Assembly: GCA_963805945.1 (NCBI GenBank)
Contig: CAWDVP010000001.1
Span: 160,001-224,000, forward strand
Source: Vulcanimicrobiota bacterium
GTDB lineage: Bacteria; Vulcanimicrobiota; Vulcanimicrobiia; Eremiobacterales; Eremiobacteraceae
Length of the DNA stretch: 64,000 nucleotides
Direction of reading: 5' to 3'
In this document: piece by piece, positions 51,712 through 60,991 of the stretch
Layout of the letters: the number at the start of each line of letters is the position of its first letter
How positions within the stretch are numbered: the stretch's first letter is position 1
Position numbers and translations under genes: made by a program
The notes under the pieces: model-generated
What the model saw: the letters and a program-made list of their open reading frames with translations, nothing else
What the model was told of the DNA's origin: nothing
Database searches by the model: none

Positions 51712-52275
51712 ATGCAGTGCACCACCTGCGGCGGGCCGCTGCCCGAGGGGGCCAACTACTGCCCGAAGTGCGGCCGTCTGGTCCAGACCGCCGCGCCTGC
51801 GGAGCGCTCGGGGATGCCGCGCTGGCTGCTCGGCGTGCTCATCGGCGGCGCGCTGCTCTTGGTCTCCGTGCCGTTCCTCGGCATTCTCGCCGCGATCCTG
51901 ATCCCGAACTTCTTGCACGCGCGCGCGGAGGCGTTCACCGCCAGGGATCAGGGGAACGAGAAGATGATCGCGACCGCGCTGGAGGGCTATGCCGTCGACC
52001 ATGGCGGCAGATATCCCGACAACCTCACGCAGGTCGTGCCGAAATACCTCAAGGCATTGCCGACCGTGCCGGGCGGCGACGGCGCCGCATACGCCTACCA
52101 ACATCCGGCATCCACGCCGGCGCATGGCGCGTATGAGATATGGGATGACGGCTCGATGGATCCGACGACGCTCACCCGCATCCCGCAAGGCGTGGGCGGA
52201 GCGTCGTGCGTCGACTGCAAGTACGTGGTGTATGCCGCGACGGGCGGCATCATCGGCGTGCCGGGCACGCACTAG
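51712..52275 (+). CDS. Zinc-ribbon + TM + pilin-like domain protein
   Basis: MQCTTCG..NYCPKCG, TM, ILAAILIPNFLHAR..N.K.IATALEGYAVDHGGRYP. Confidence 0.75.
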   Translation: MQCTTCGGPLPEGANYCPKCGRLVQTAAPAERSGMPRWLLGVLIGGALLLVSVPFLGILAAILIPNFLHARAEAFTARDQGNEKMIATALEGYAVDHGGRYPDNLTQVVPKYLKALPTVPGGDGAAYAYQHPASTPAHGAYEIWDDGSMDPTTLTRIPQGVGGASCVDCKYVVYAATGGIIGVPGTH

Positions 52276-52280
52276 AGGAG

Positions 52281-52745
52281 CTACTGCCCGATGAGCGCGG
52301 CCCAGAGCCCCGAGCTTTGGCAGTAGCGGATGCCGGTCGTCACGCCGTTGAAGGCGGGCAGATTGCCGAGCGTGGTCACATCGTGATTGTCACCGTCACG
52401 GATCTTGTACGCGTCGCTGGCTTGGCACACGCCGTTGCCGGGGGTGACGTAGAAATAGGTGCCGCCGGCTGGGTCGGCGGGCGTCGACGTCATGTAGGGG
52501 TTGCCGGCGCCGCCGAACAGGGCGGCGTTGACCGGCCCGCTAGCTGCGGGATATTGCCCGGAGTGATCGGTGGCGTACATCTCCAGAGCCGTGGCGATCT
52601 GCTTCATGTTGCCTTCGCATGACGCGGTCTGGGCCTGGGCGCGCGCATGCAGCATGTTCGGCACGAGGATAGCGGCGAGTATCGCTATGACCGCGATCAC
52701 GATCAGCAATTCAAGCAAGGTGAACCCGCGCGCGCTCATGCCCAT
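52281..52745 (-). CDS. Type IV pilin / GspG-like pseudopilin
   Basis: RG|FTLLELLIVIAVIAILAAILVP. Confidence 0.9.
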   Translation of the reverse strand: MGMSARGFTLLELLIVIAVIAILAAILVPNMLHARAQAQTASCEGNMKQIATALEMYATDHSGQYPAASGPVNAALFGGAGNPYMTSTPADPAGGTYFYVTPGNGVCQASDAYKIRDGDNHDVTTLGNLPAFNGVTTGIRYCQSSGLWAALIGQ

Positions 52746-52808
52746 GTGACCTATTTATACATCGCGCCGTCCTGGCATTAGATGAATGTTTGATTGGAGA
52801 ATATGATG

Positions 52809-53219
52809 GATGAGATGAAGAAGACCGACGAGCAGTGGCGGCAGACGCTGACGCCCGAGCAGTACGCCGTGCTGCGTCGGGCCGGCACCGAAGCGCCCTT
52901 CACCGGCGCATTGCTCCACAACAAGGAGCACGGCGCGTACACGTGCGCCGCATGCGGCAACGAGCTTTTCTCATCGGATGCGAAATTCGATTCGGGCAGC
53001 GGTTGGCCGAGCTTCACCGAACCGGCGAACACGGAGCATGTGACGCTCATAGAGGATACGAGCCATGGCATGCGCCGCACCGAGGTGCGCTGCAAGCGCT
53101 GCGGTTCGCACTTGGGTCATGTTTTCGACGACGGTCCGGGACCCAGCGGCCAGCGCTACTGCATCAATTCGGTGTGCCTCGACTTCGCGGCTGCCAAGAA
53201 GCGCGAGAGCGCGACGTAA
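52809..53219 (+). CDS. msrB: Peptide-methionine (R)-S-oxide reductase
   Basis: [35 protein letters not shown]. Confidence 0.96.
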   Translation, partial: DEMKKTDEQWRQTLTPEQYAVLRRAGTEAPFTGALLHNKEHGAYTCAACGNELFSSDAKFDSGSGWPSFTEPANTEHVTLIEDTSHGMRRTEVRCKRCGSHLGHVFDDGPGPSGQRYCINSVCLDFAAAKKRESAT

Positions 53220-53264
53220 GTGGGCGGAACCTCGCCTGACCGCGTCAAAACCGCTTCCTCACAC

Positions 53265-53349
53265 GGAGGGATGGCAGAGCGGTTGATTGCGGCAGCCTTG
53301 AAAGCTGTTAGACCGAAAGGTCTCGTGGGTTCGAATCCCACTCCCTCCT
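53265..53349 (+). tRNA. tRNA-Ser(TGA)
   Basis: Acceptor GGAGGGA/TCCCTCC, anticodon loop CT-TGA-AA, long variable arm, GGTTCGAATCC; CCA not encoded. Confidence 0.95.
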
Positions 53350-53350
53350 G

Positions 53351-53629
53351 ATGCCGCGCATCCATCTGATCGTCCGCGGCAGGGTCCAGGGCGTCTTCTA
53401 CCGGACCACCGCGGTCGAGCGCGCGCGCGACCTGGGGCTCACCGGCTGGGTGCGCAACCTGCACGACGGCGGCGTCGAGATCTGCGCAGAGGGCGCGGCC
53501 GATGGGCTGGCGATCCTGCGCTCGTGGTGCGCGCATGGCCCCGCTGGAGCCGGCGTGCGCGACGTCGAGGAGTTCAAGGAGAACGCGACAGGGGAATTCG
53601 TCGAGTTCGAGCTTCGTTCAGACGGCTGA
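53351..53629 (+). CDS. acyP: Acylphosphatase
   Basis: VRGRVQGVFYR, GWVRN..DG.VE, GP. Confidence 0.93.
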   Translation: MPRIHLIVRGRVQGVFYRTTAVERARDLGLTGWVRNLHDGGVEICAEGAADGLAILRSWCAHGPAGAGVRDVEEFKENATGEFVEFELRSDG

Positions 53630-53680
53630 AGCCGCGCAAGCCGGCGCGCGGCCTCCCTCCACCGTGGTTCCTTCAGCCGC

Positions 53681-54805
53681 TCACGGTGTGATCGATCGTA
53701 TCACCTCGTCGCCCGCCATCGACGCCTTGTAGATCTCTTTCGCGTCGAGGTTCATCTTCGTGAGATCGATCATCCGGATCTCGCTATTCTCGTAGGTGCG
53801 GAAGTAGAAGCGCTTCGCTTTGAGGTCGGCGGCGCTCGTCCAGATGGTGTAATCGGCGAGCGTGTTGCCGTGCTCATCCTTTTCGTGTTCGCGAGCCGCT
53901 CCCTTAGGGATATCGAATTGGTTCAGGATGTGAAAGGCCTCCAGCACGGCGTCGTTGCCGGTCGCCGATGGGAAGACCGATTGGGTGAACGCCACGGCGC
54001 GGACGAAACGGGAAGGCGGCGTGAAGTCCCCGGGCATGCCGAGCATCCCGGAGCCTTGGCCGAACGGTTTGAGCTCGACCGACCCCAGCTTCACCGGCGG
54101 CGCATTTTCCATCGAGAAGTTCAAGTAGTTACGCAGATTGTTCATGTGCCAGTCGAACGACGGTGAGTTGGTGACGACGCCCAGCGGGTCATCATAGACA
54201 TGGAGCGCCCCGCCTGTATACTCGATCACGATGTACTTGCCAGAGGCATCGCTCGCGATGTAGTGGACCTCCGGAGCGAAACCCCATCCGCCATACACGA
54301 CGGCGGGGACGACGACTTTCCCGAGGTTCGCCTTCACCTCGTCGACGCTGGCGAAGTTCTCCATGAGCCATGAACCCAATTGCCAGGGAGCCATGGTCTT
54401 GCTCGCATCGGCGGCGGCATAGGGCATATATCCCGCGGCGGTGGGGAAATAGAACGTCCCCACTGACAGACCTTTTTCGTTCAACCCGTCGAAGAGGTAC
54501 GGTTCGCCGACGCCGTTCAGCCCGACGCTCGCGTAACGCGTCTTCCACGTGAGGCCGGGCTTGCCGTCGGGCGTGAGCCCTGTCCTAGCGATGCCGCGCG
54601 GCACCATCATCACCTCGGAGTGGATGTCGATGGCGAATTCCATCGTCCGCGCGTGGATGACGGAACCATCCTGCGCCGTGAGGCTGATGCCGGTGCATGC
54701 AAGCGCGGGCAGAACGGCGCAGCTCACGAGCAGCGCGACGGCGAGCGCGGAAGAGACCAGCTTGACGAAAATGCGATAAGAAACCATCGTGTATGTCTTC
54801 CTCAC
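53681..54805 (-). CDS. Exported choloylglycine hydrolase / penicillin V acylase family (Ntn hydrolase)
   Basis: Signal peptide ending ALA|CT, ARTMEF, DGLNEKGL, TNSP, PGDFTPPSRFVRA. Confidence 0.9.
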   Translation of the reverse strand: MRKTYTMVSYRIFVKLVSSALAVALLVSCAVLPALACTGISLTAQDGSVIHARTMEFAIDIHSEVMMVPRGIARTGLTPDGKPGLTWKTRYASVGLNGVGEPYLFDGLNEKGLSVGTFYFPTAAGYMPYAAADASKTMAPWQLGSWLMENFASVDEVKANLGKVVVPAVVYGGWGFAPEVHYIASDASGKYIVIEYTGGALHVYDDPLGVVTNSPSFDWHMNNLRNYLNFSMENAPPVKLGSVELKPFGQGSGMLGMPGDFTPPSRFVRAVAFTQSVFPSATGNDAVLEAFHILNQFDIPKGAAREHEKDEHGNTLADYTIWTSAADLKAKRFYFRTYENSEIRMIDLTKMNLDAKEIYKASMAGDEVIRSITP

Positions 54806-54920
54806 GTGGCCAGAGGATGGCCGGCGCCTTTGTGATGTGGTGACAGACTACGGCACCCTCCGCTCTACGGCCTTGCCGCTCGGACGCGTAGAGTCGACCC
54901 GACTGTGGTATTAGTTGTGT

Positions 54921-55520
54921 TCAGCCTTCGTCGAGCCGCTTGAGCGCGGCGCGCGTGTCCACATCATGAAATGCAGCGCGGTCAAACGCGTCGACGAAAA
55001 GCAATCGGCCACGATTTCCTTGAGCATAGCGCTTCGCTCCGGTGTCGCCTGCGAGCGCACGTAACCGCGCGAAGTCCCGGCGCGGGAACAGCATCGGCGC
55101 ACCCCACGTGTCGCCGCTGCGCAATGCCACGATCGCGTCAGGCCGGTCTTCCCACGCTGCGATGAGCCGGTTAAGATCGCCCGCCGTGACGAAAGGCTGA
55201 TCGCCGAGGACGAAGATGCAGGCGTCGGCGCCGTGCTGCGCCCGCAATCCTGTCGCGATCGACGACGAGATGCCGCGCTCCCACGCGCGATTGACCACCA
55301 CGCTGCAACGCCGTGTATCGACCGCTGCGACCACCCGCGCGCTGTCTGCGCCGACGACGAGGACGCACGCGAGCGCGCGCGCGCCGCACGCGGCATCGAG
55401 CGCATGCTGCAGCAGTGGCCTGCCGCGCAGCGGTGCGGCGAGCTTCCCGCCGCCGAACCTGCGGCCCGCGCCGGCGGCGAGGACCACCGCGACGACGCGC
55501 GGCGTCAGCGTAGCCGCCAC
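54921..55520 (-). CDS. Molybdenum cofactor cytidylyltransferase-like nucleotidyltransferase (MocA)
   Basis: VLAAG.GRRFG..KL, GISSS, GDQP, GDTGA, DVDT. Confidence 0.85.
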   Translation of the reverse strand: MAATLTPRVVAVVLAAGAGRRFGGGKLAAPLRGRPLLQHALDAACGARALACVLVVGADSARVVAAVDTRRCSVVVNRAWERGISSSIATGLRAQHGADACIFVLGDQPFVTAGDLNRLIAAWEDRPDAIVALRSGDTWGAPMLFPRRDFARLRALAGDTGAKRYAQGNRGRLLFVDAFDRAAFHDVDTRAALKRLDEG

Positions 55521-56269
55521 AGCCGCAGGCCGCCGGTCTGCGACGACGCCACCAGCGCCGACAACTCGACAGGCGCGAGCGCGGCTGCGAGCGCCGCGAC
55601 GGCAGAAGCGTCGGGTCCCGCATCAGCTTTGTTGATGACGACCGCGAAGCGCGCGCTCTCATCCACGTCAGCGCAGCGCGATTCGTATTCGCGGATGATC
55701 GCCGCCACGTGCGCGGGCGCCAGCGGCTCGCCAGGCCGCGCTCCGGACACCTCGACGATGCGCTCGGGCCGGTGCAAGGTCGCTTCTCCTACGGCAAGCC
55801 CGAGCGCGTCCGCGCCGACGACCACTACGAGCAGGCTCGTGGTGGATGCGAGCACGGGTTCTTTCTCGGACGGCGCTTTGAACGGCTTCATGCGCGCCCC
55901 GTCGGCTTCGTACACGACATAGCGCGCACCGCAGCGGAAGTACAACTCGTCCACGATCTCCGGCGTCACCGCGCGTAATCTGCCCTCGCGTACGCCGGAG
56001 CCGACCGCGATCAACGCGCCGCGCGCGAACGCCGCGGCGACGAATTCGTGCAGTGACCGATCGGGCAGCGGGCGCTCCCACTCCACCAATGGGATGCCGG
56101 CGGGCGGCGCACCGGCTTTCGTCGTCGTCGTCACGATGGTGGGGGCCGACATCGAGAGCTCGCGGCCGAGCGACCATAGCGTCGTCGTCTTGCCGCCGCC
56201 ACCGACGAGCGCGATGTTCTCCGTATCAGCGAGGTCGAGGGCTTCGCGCCAGGTCGCGCAGCTATTCAT
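55505..56269 (-). CDS. yqeC: YqeC-family molybdenum hydroxylase accessory protein
   Basis: LVGGGGKTT, TTTTK, EADGARMKPFKAP..EP, INKAD. Confidence 0.85.
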   Translation of the reverse strand: MNSCATWREALDLADTENIALVGGGGKTTTLWSLGRELSMSAPTIVTTTTKAGAPPAGIPLVEWERPLPDRSLHEFVAAAFARGALIAVGSGVREGRLRAVTPEIVDELYFRCGARYVVYEADGARMKPFKAPSEKEPVLASTTSLLVVVVGADALGLAVGEATLHRPERIVEVSGARPGEPLAPAHVAAIIREYESRCADVDESARFAVVINKADAGPDASAVAALAAALAPVELSALVASSQTGGLRLWRLR

Positions 56270-57048
56270 GACATAGGTCTGAGGAGCGACACCATCTCGT
56301 CGTGGATCGCGCCGTTACTCGCGATGATCTCGCCGCCGTCCAGTGCGAGCTGCCGGCCGGAGAAGTCGCTTGTGCGGCCGCCGGCCTCTTCCACGATGAG
56401 CGCGCCGGCGGCGACATCCCACGCATGCAGACGTGACTCCCAAAAACCGTCTGTCCTTCCGGCTGCGACGTAACACAGGTCGAGCGCCGCAGAACCGTCG
56501 CGCCGCACCGCCTGGCCGAAGCGCATCAGCTCGCGCAGCGCGGCGAGATCCGGCGGCGCGTCGGCGTCGATCGGCGGGAAGCCCGTCGTGAGCAGCGCGT
56601 CTCGCAGCGCGCTGCGCTGCGAGACGTGCATGCGCGTGCCGTTGCAGCGCGCACCGCCGCCGCGCTCCGCGACGAAAAGCTCGTCGCGGACCGGATCGAA
56701 GATCGCGCCGACGACGAGCGCGCCTTCGACTTCGAGCGCGACGGAGACGCAGAAGAACGGATAGCCGTGCGAGAAGTTCGTCGTGCCGTCGAGCGGGTCG
56801 ACGATCCAGCGCCGCGACGAACCCGCGCCCTGCACGCCGCCTTCTTCGCCGAGCACCACGTCGTCGGGAAAGCGCTTGGCGAGGACGCCTCTGATGAGCG
56901 CCTCGCTCGCGGTGTCGGCATCGGTGACGAGATCGCCGCGCAGCCCTTTCGAACGCACGTCTACACGGTGGCCGAATCTCATCCGGACGAGCTCGCCCGC
57001 CGCGCACGCGGCGCGTTCGGCGACCGACAGTTCTTCGGTCCACGCCAT
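56266..57048 (-). CDS. suhB: Inositol monophosphatase family protein
   Basis: DLVT.AD, GEE, WIVDPLDGTTNF, GSAALDL, WDVAAG. Confidence 0.92.
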   Translation of the reverse strand: MAWTEELSVAERAACAAGELVRMRFGHRVDVRSKGLRGDLVTDADTASEALIRGVLAKRFPDDVVLGEEGGVQGAGSSRRWIVDPLDGTTNFSHGYPFFCVSVALEVEGALVVGAIFDPVRDELFVAERGGGARCNGTRMHVSQRSALRDALLTTGFPPIDADAPPDLAALRELMRFGQAVRRDGSAALDLCYVAAGRTDGFWESRLHAWDVAAGALIVEEAGGRTSDFSGRQLALDGGEIIASNGAIHDEMVSLLRPMS

Positions 57049-57080
57049 CGGCTTCGCATTCGAGCGCGGGCAAGATTCAT

Positions 57081-58438
57081 CATGCACACCGTCGAACGCA
57101 CTTCTGCTGTGCTGAAAACAGGTTCCGAGATCCCGACGTATCAACTGCCAGGGCCTAAGGGCGCCGAGGTCGTGCGCGTGGAGACGGCGCTCGACACGAC
57201 CGGCACGAAGACCGCGCCGATCGCCGTCAAGCACGCCAAAGGGCCTCATGCTCGAGGACGTGGACGGCAACGTCTTCCTCGACTTCACCAGCGGCATGGT
57301 CACGGCGACAGGCCATTCCCATCCCGCGGTGGTGAAGGCGATCGCGGAACAAGCGGAACGCTGGCTGTTCATCAACAGCCCTGATTTCTATTCGCCGCTC
57401 CAGGCAGAGGTGGTCACGCGTCTCGCCGCGTTGGTGCCCGGCATCGGCGCGCGCAAGGTGTTCATGTGCAACAGCGGCAGCGAGGCGAATGAGGCCGCCA
57501 TCAAGGCGACGCGCTGGAACAATCCGACGCGCAAGCGGATCATCGGATTCATCGGTGCCTTCCACGGCCGCACGATGGGCGCGAACTCGCTCACCGCGAG
57601 CAAGATCGTGCAGCGCGCGCGCTTCACCTCGAACATGCCCGACGTCCATCACCTGCCGTATGCGACCTGCTATCGCTGTCCGTACAAGATGTCATACCCC
57701 AATTGCGACATCTGGTGCGCGCGCATCCTCGAAGAGCTCTACTTCAAGCAGCTCATCCCGCCGGACGAGGTGTCCGCCATCTTCGTCGAGCCGATCCAAG
57801 GCGAAGGCGGCTACATCGTGCCGCCGCCGGAGTTCGTGCAGATCATCCGCGACATCGCGCAGCGCTACGGCATCCCCTATGTCGACGACGAAGTGCAGGC
57901 GGGCATGGGCAAGACCGGCAAGATGCTCGCGATCGAGCATCACGGCGTCACCGCGAACTGCACCTCGCTCGGCAAAGCGCTCGGCTCGGGCGTCGCCGTC
58001 GCCGCGCAGGTGCTCGACGCGGATCTCGACTTCGGCGCGCAGGGCGCCCACTCGAACACCTTCGGCGGGAACGGCGTCGCGCTCGCGGCCGCTAAGGCGA
58101 CGCTCGACGTCTTCGACGCCGAGCACCTCGTCGAGCGCGCGGCGGAACAGGGCGAGTATTTCATCGCCCGCCTGCGCGAGCTGCACGAACGCCACGCGGC
58201 GATCGGCGACGTCCGCGGCAAAGGGCTGATGCTGGCGATCGACTTCGTCGTCGACCGCACGACCCGAGAACCGGACCCCGCGTTCCGCGACCGCGTCGTG
58301 GGGAACTGCTTCCGACATGGGCTCATGGTCTTGCCGTGCGGTTTCTCCGCCATCCGCTTCACCCCGGCGCTCGTCGTCGATCGCGCGCAGATCGATCAGG
58401 CCGTCGCCGTGCTCGAGCGGTCCATCAGAGAGGCCTAA
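57081..58438 (+). CDS. Class III PLP aminotransferase (GabT/ArgD-like; frameshift near 57245)
   Basis: DVDGNVFLDF, NSGSEANE, FHGRT, EPIQGEGG, DEVQAGMG, GKALG. Confidence 0.92.
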
Positions 58439-58465
58439 GCCCGGCGGTCGAGTAAATTCGACCAC

Positions 58466-59786
58466 GTGGAGCTGCAAGAGGAGTTCATCAGCGACCTGAT
58501 CGGCCGGCCGGTCGAGCTATGGACCGACGATTCTGCCATGCCCATCGGCAAGCTCGCCGACATGGTCGTCGACGGCCGCGAGAGCTTCCCGCCGGTCACG
58601 GGCCTCTACGTCAAATGCCGCGACGGCATCGTGCGCTACGCGCCGTTCGACGCGATCCGCTCGCTGGACGACCGGGCGATCATCCTCAATCGGGCCCCGC
58701 ACGACGCCAAATACGAGCGCGCCGCCGACGACGAGCTGCTGCTCAACCGCGAACTGCTCGACAAGCAGATCGTGGACGTCGACGGCAAGAAAGTCGTGCG
58801 CGTCAACGACTTGCGCATGGCGCCCACCGGCGATCGGTTGCGGCTCATCGCGGTGGATATCGGCCTCGCAGGACTGCTGCGCAGGCTCGGCCTGCATGGG
58901 CTCGGCAAGCGTTGGCTCGAGCAGCCCACCAAACCCGGCTTACGCCAGTCGCTCATCTCGTGGGATGCGGTCGCGCCGCTGCATCACGTCGGCGCGCAGG
59001 ATGCGGTGCGGCTGCGCCTGCCGCACGACCGCATCGAACGGATCCATCCGGCCGACCTCGCTGCGATCATCGAGGATCTCAACGCCGGCGACCAAGCATC
59101 GCTGGTGAGCTCGCTCGACGAAGAGACCGCCGCTGAGGCGCTCGAGCAGCTCGACGTCGACACCCAGCTGTCGATCCTCGAAGATCTGCGGCCGGACCGC
59201 GCCGCCGACATCATCGAGAACATGAGCACCGACGACGCGGCCGATCTGCTCGCCGAGGTCGAGCCGGAGGTGCAGCGCCAGATCCTCTCGCTTGATGGAG
59301 CCGAAAGAGGCCGAAGAGGTGCGCGAGCTGCTCTCGCACGACGAGGATTCGGCCGGCGGCATCATGACCACCGAATATCTGTCCGTGCCGCTCGGCCTCA
59401 CCGTCGCCGAGACCTTCGAGCACATCCGCAAGGCCGCGGGAGACGCGGAACTCGTCTACTACGTGTACGTGCTCAACGAGCACGAGCACATCTTAGGAGT
59501 GCTCTCGCTGCGCGACCTGCTCGCGACGCCGCCGAGCGCGCCGATCACCGACGTCATGACGACGGACGTCGTGACCGTGCCGGTGGACGCCTCGCGCGAA
59601 GAGGTCGCCTCCACCATCGCGCGTTATGACTTCGTCGCGGTGCCTGTCGTCGACGCCGGCGGCATCATGCGCGGCATCGTCACCGTGGACGACGTGATCG
59701 ACCACCTGCTTCCGGAGCGCGTGCGCAAGATGATGCCGCGCGTCGGCAAATCACGGAACAGACCCGCGCACCACGCCGATCGGTGA
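58466..59786 (+). CDS. PRC-barrel + MgtE N-terminal + CBS domain protein, no membrane domain (frameshift near 59290)
   Basis: LLDKQIVDVDGKKVVRVNDL, HPADLA, SAGGIMTTEY, GIVTVDDV. Confidence 0.85.
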
Positions 59787-59791
59787 CGTAG

Positions 59792-60991
59792 ATGACGCCG
59801 GACGAACTCGCCGACCTCTCCGAGAGCGCGGCACGCATCGTCGCCGGCAGCGGCGGCCTCAAGGCGCTCGCGCAGCTGCTGGCGGACAGCGCTCGCGCGA
59901 CGGTGCTCATCGAGGACGACCGGTGGCGCCATCTCGCGCTCGCGACGGGGCGCGGCAGCGGCGCGCTCAAGATACCGCCGTCCTTCGCGCAGTGGTATAA
60001 GCGCCGAAGAACGGCAACGGGCGCGTCGCGCGCGCGAGCCTCGACGCGCATCTCGAAGCGGTATGCGCGCCGATGCCCGGCAGCAGCGGCGACGACGAGA
60101 TCGCGGGCTACGTCACGATGTTCCTGCGCAGCAAGCCCACGGCGGCGCTCTCCGCGGCTCTGCGCATCGTCGCGAGCGCGGCGGGCATCGAGGCCACGCG
60201 GCGCGGCGGGGGCAAGGCGCAGTCGCGTCGCTCGTTCTGGGAACGCTATCTGCGCGGGGAGTTCGCCGACGCGACGTCGCTCAAAGATGAGGCCGCCGCC
60301 GCGGGCATCGGCGCTCCCGCCCGCGTATCTCGGCGCGGTGTTCGAGGTCGAAGGTTCGCCGCCGGCGGCCGCGCAGGATGCGATCGCGCAGGCGATCGGA
60401 CCTGCGGACGGCGTGTGCCCGCTGCCGCCCGCGTCAGGGCAGATCGTGGCGCTGTTCCCCATGCGCCATCATGCGGATGTGGCTCGCGCCCGCCAGGCGG
60501 CGAACAACGCGCTGCGCGACGTCCCCGCTCAGTCGGCGGCGCGTGCGCTCACCTGCGGCATCGGCGGCTACCACGCCGACATCCTCGAATGCGCCGCATC
60601 TGTCGAGGAGGGGCGGCACGCGCTCGGACTGGGCCGGCGTCTGTACGGACGCGGCTCGGTGACGCTGTATTCCGAGCTCGGCGTCTACGCGTTGCTCCAC
60701 GCGGGCGGCGATCGCGATGCGTTCATGCGCTTCGCCGAGGCGCAGATCGCGCCGCTGCAGATCTACGACCGCAAGCACAAGACCGATCTGCTCACCACGC
60801 TGCGGCTATACTTCGACCTCGGGGAGAACGTCAAGGAGGCCGCGGAGCGGCTCTCCGTCCATCGCCACACCATCTTCTACCGGCTCAACCAGATCTCGCA
60901 GATCCTCAAGGTCGATCTGCATCTTCCCAAGGATCAGCTGTCGCTGCGCGCCGCGCTCGCGATCTGGCAGATGGAGCGCGACGGCGCATGA
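59792..60991 (+). CDS. PucR/CdaR family transcriptional regulator (frameshifted)
   Basis: Y.ELG, L..YD....TDLL.TL..Y, AAERLSVHRHTIFYRL. Confidence 0.88.
   Translation: MTPDELADLSESAARIVAGSGGLKALAQLLADSARATVLIEDDRWRHLALATGRGSGALKIPPSFAQWYKRRRTATGASRARASTRISKRYARRCPAAAATTRSRATSRCSCAASPRRRSPRLCASSRARRASRPRGAAGARRSRVARSGNAICAGSSPTRRRSKMRPPPRASALPPAYLGAVFEVEGSPPAAAQDAIAQAIGPADGVCPLPPASGQIVALFPMRHHADVARARQAANNALRDVPAQSAARALTCGIGGYHADILECAASVEEGRHALGLGRRLYGRGSVTLYSELGVYALLHAGGDRDAFMRFAEAQIAPLQIYDRKHKTDLLTTLRLYFDLGENVKEAAERLSVHRHTIFYRLNQISQILKVDLHLPKDQLSLRAALAIWQMERDGA

Noticed and set aside
53265..53349. tRNA as an integration site for an island
   Set aside because: No integrase, no duplicated tRNA 3' end and ordinary flanking genes.
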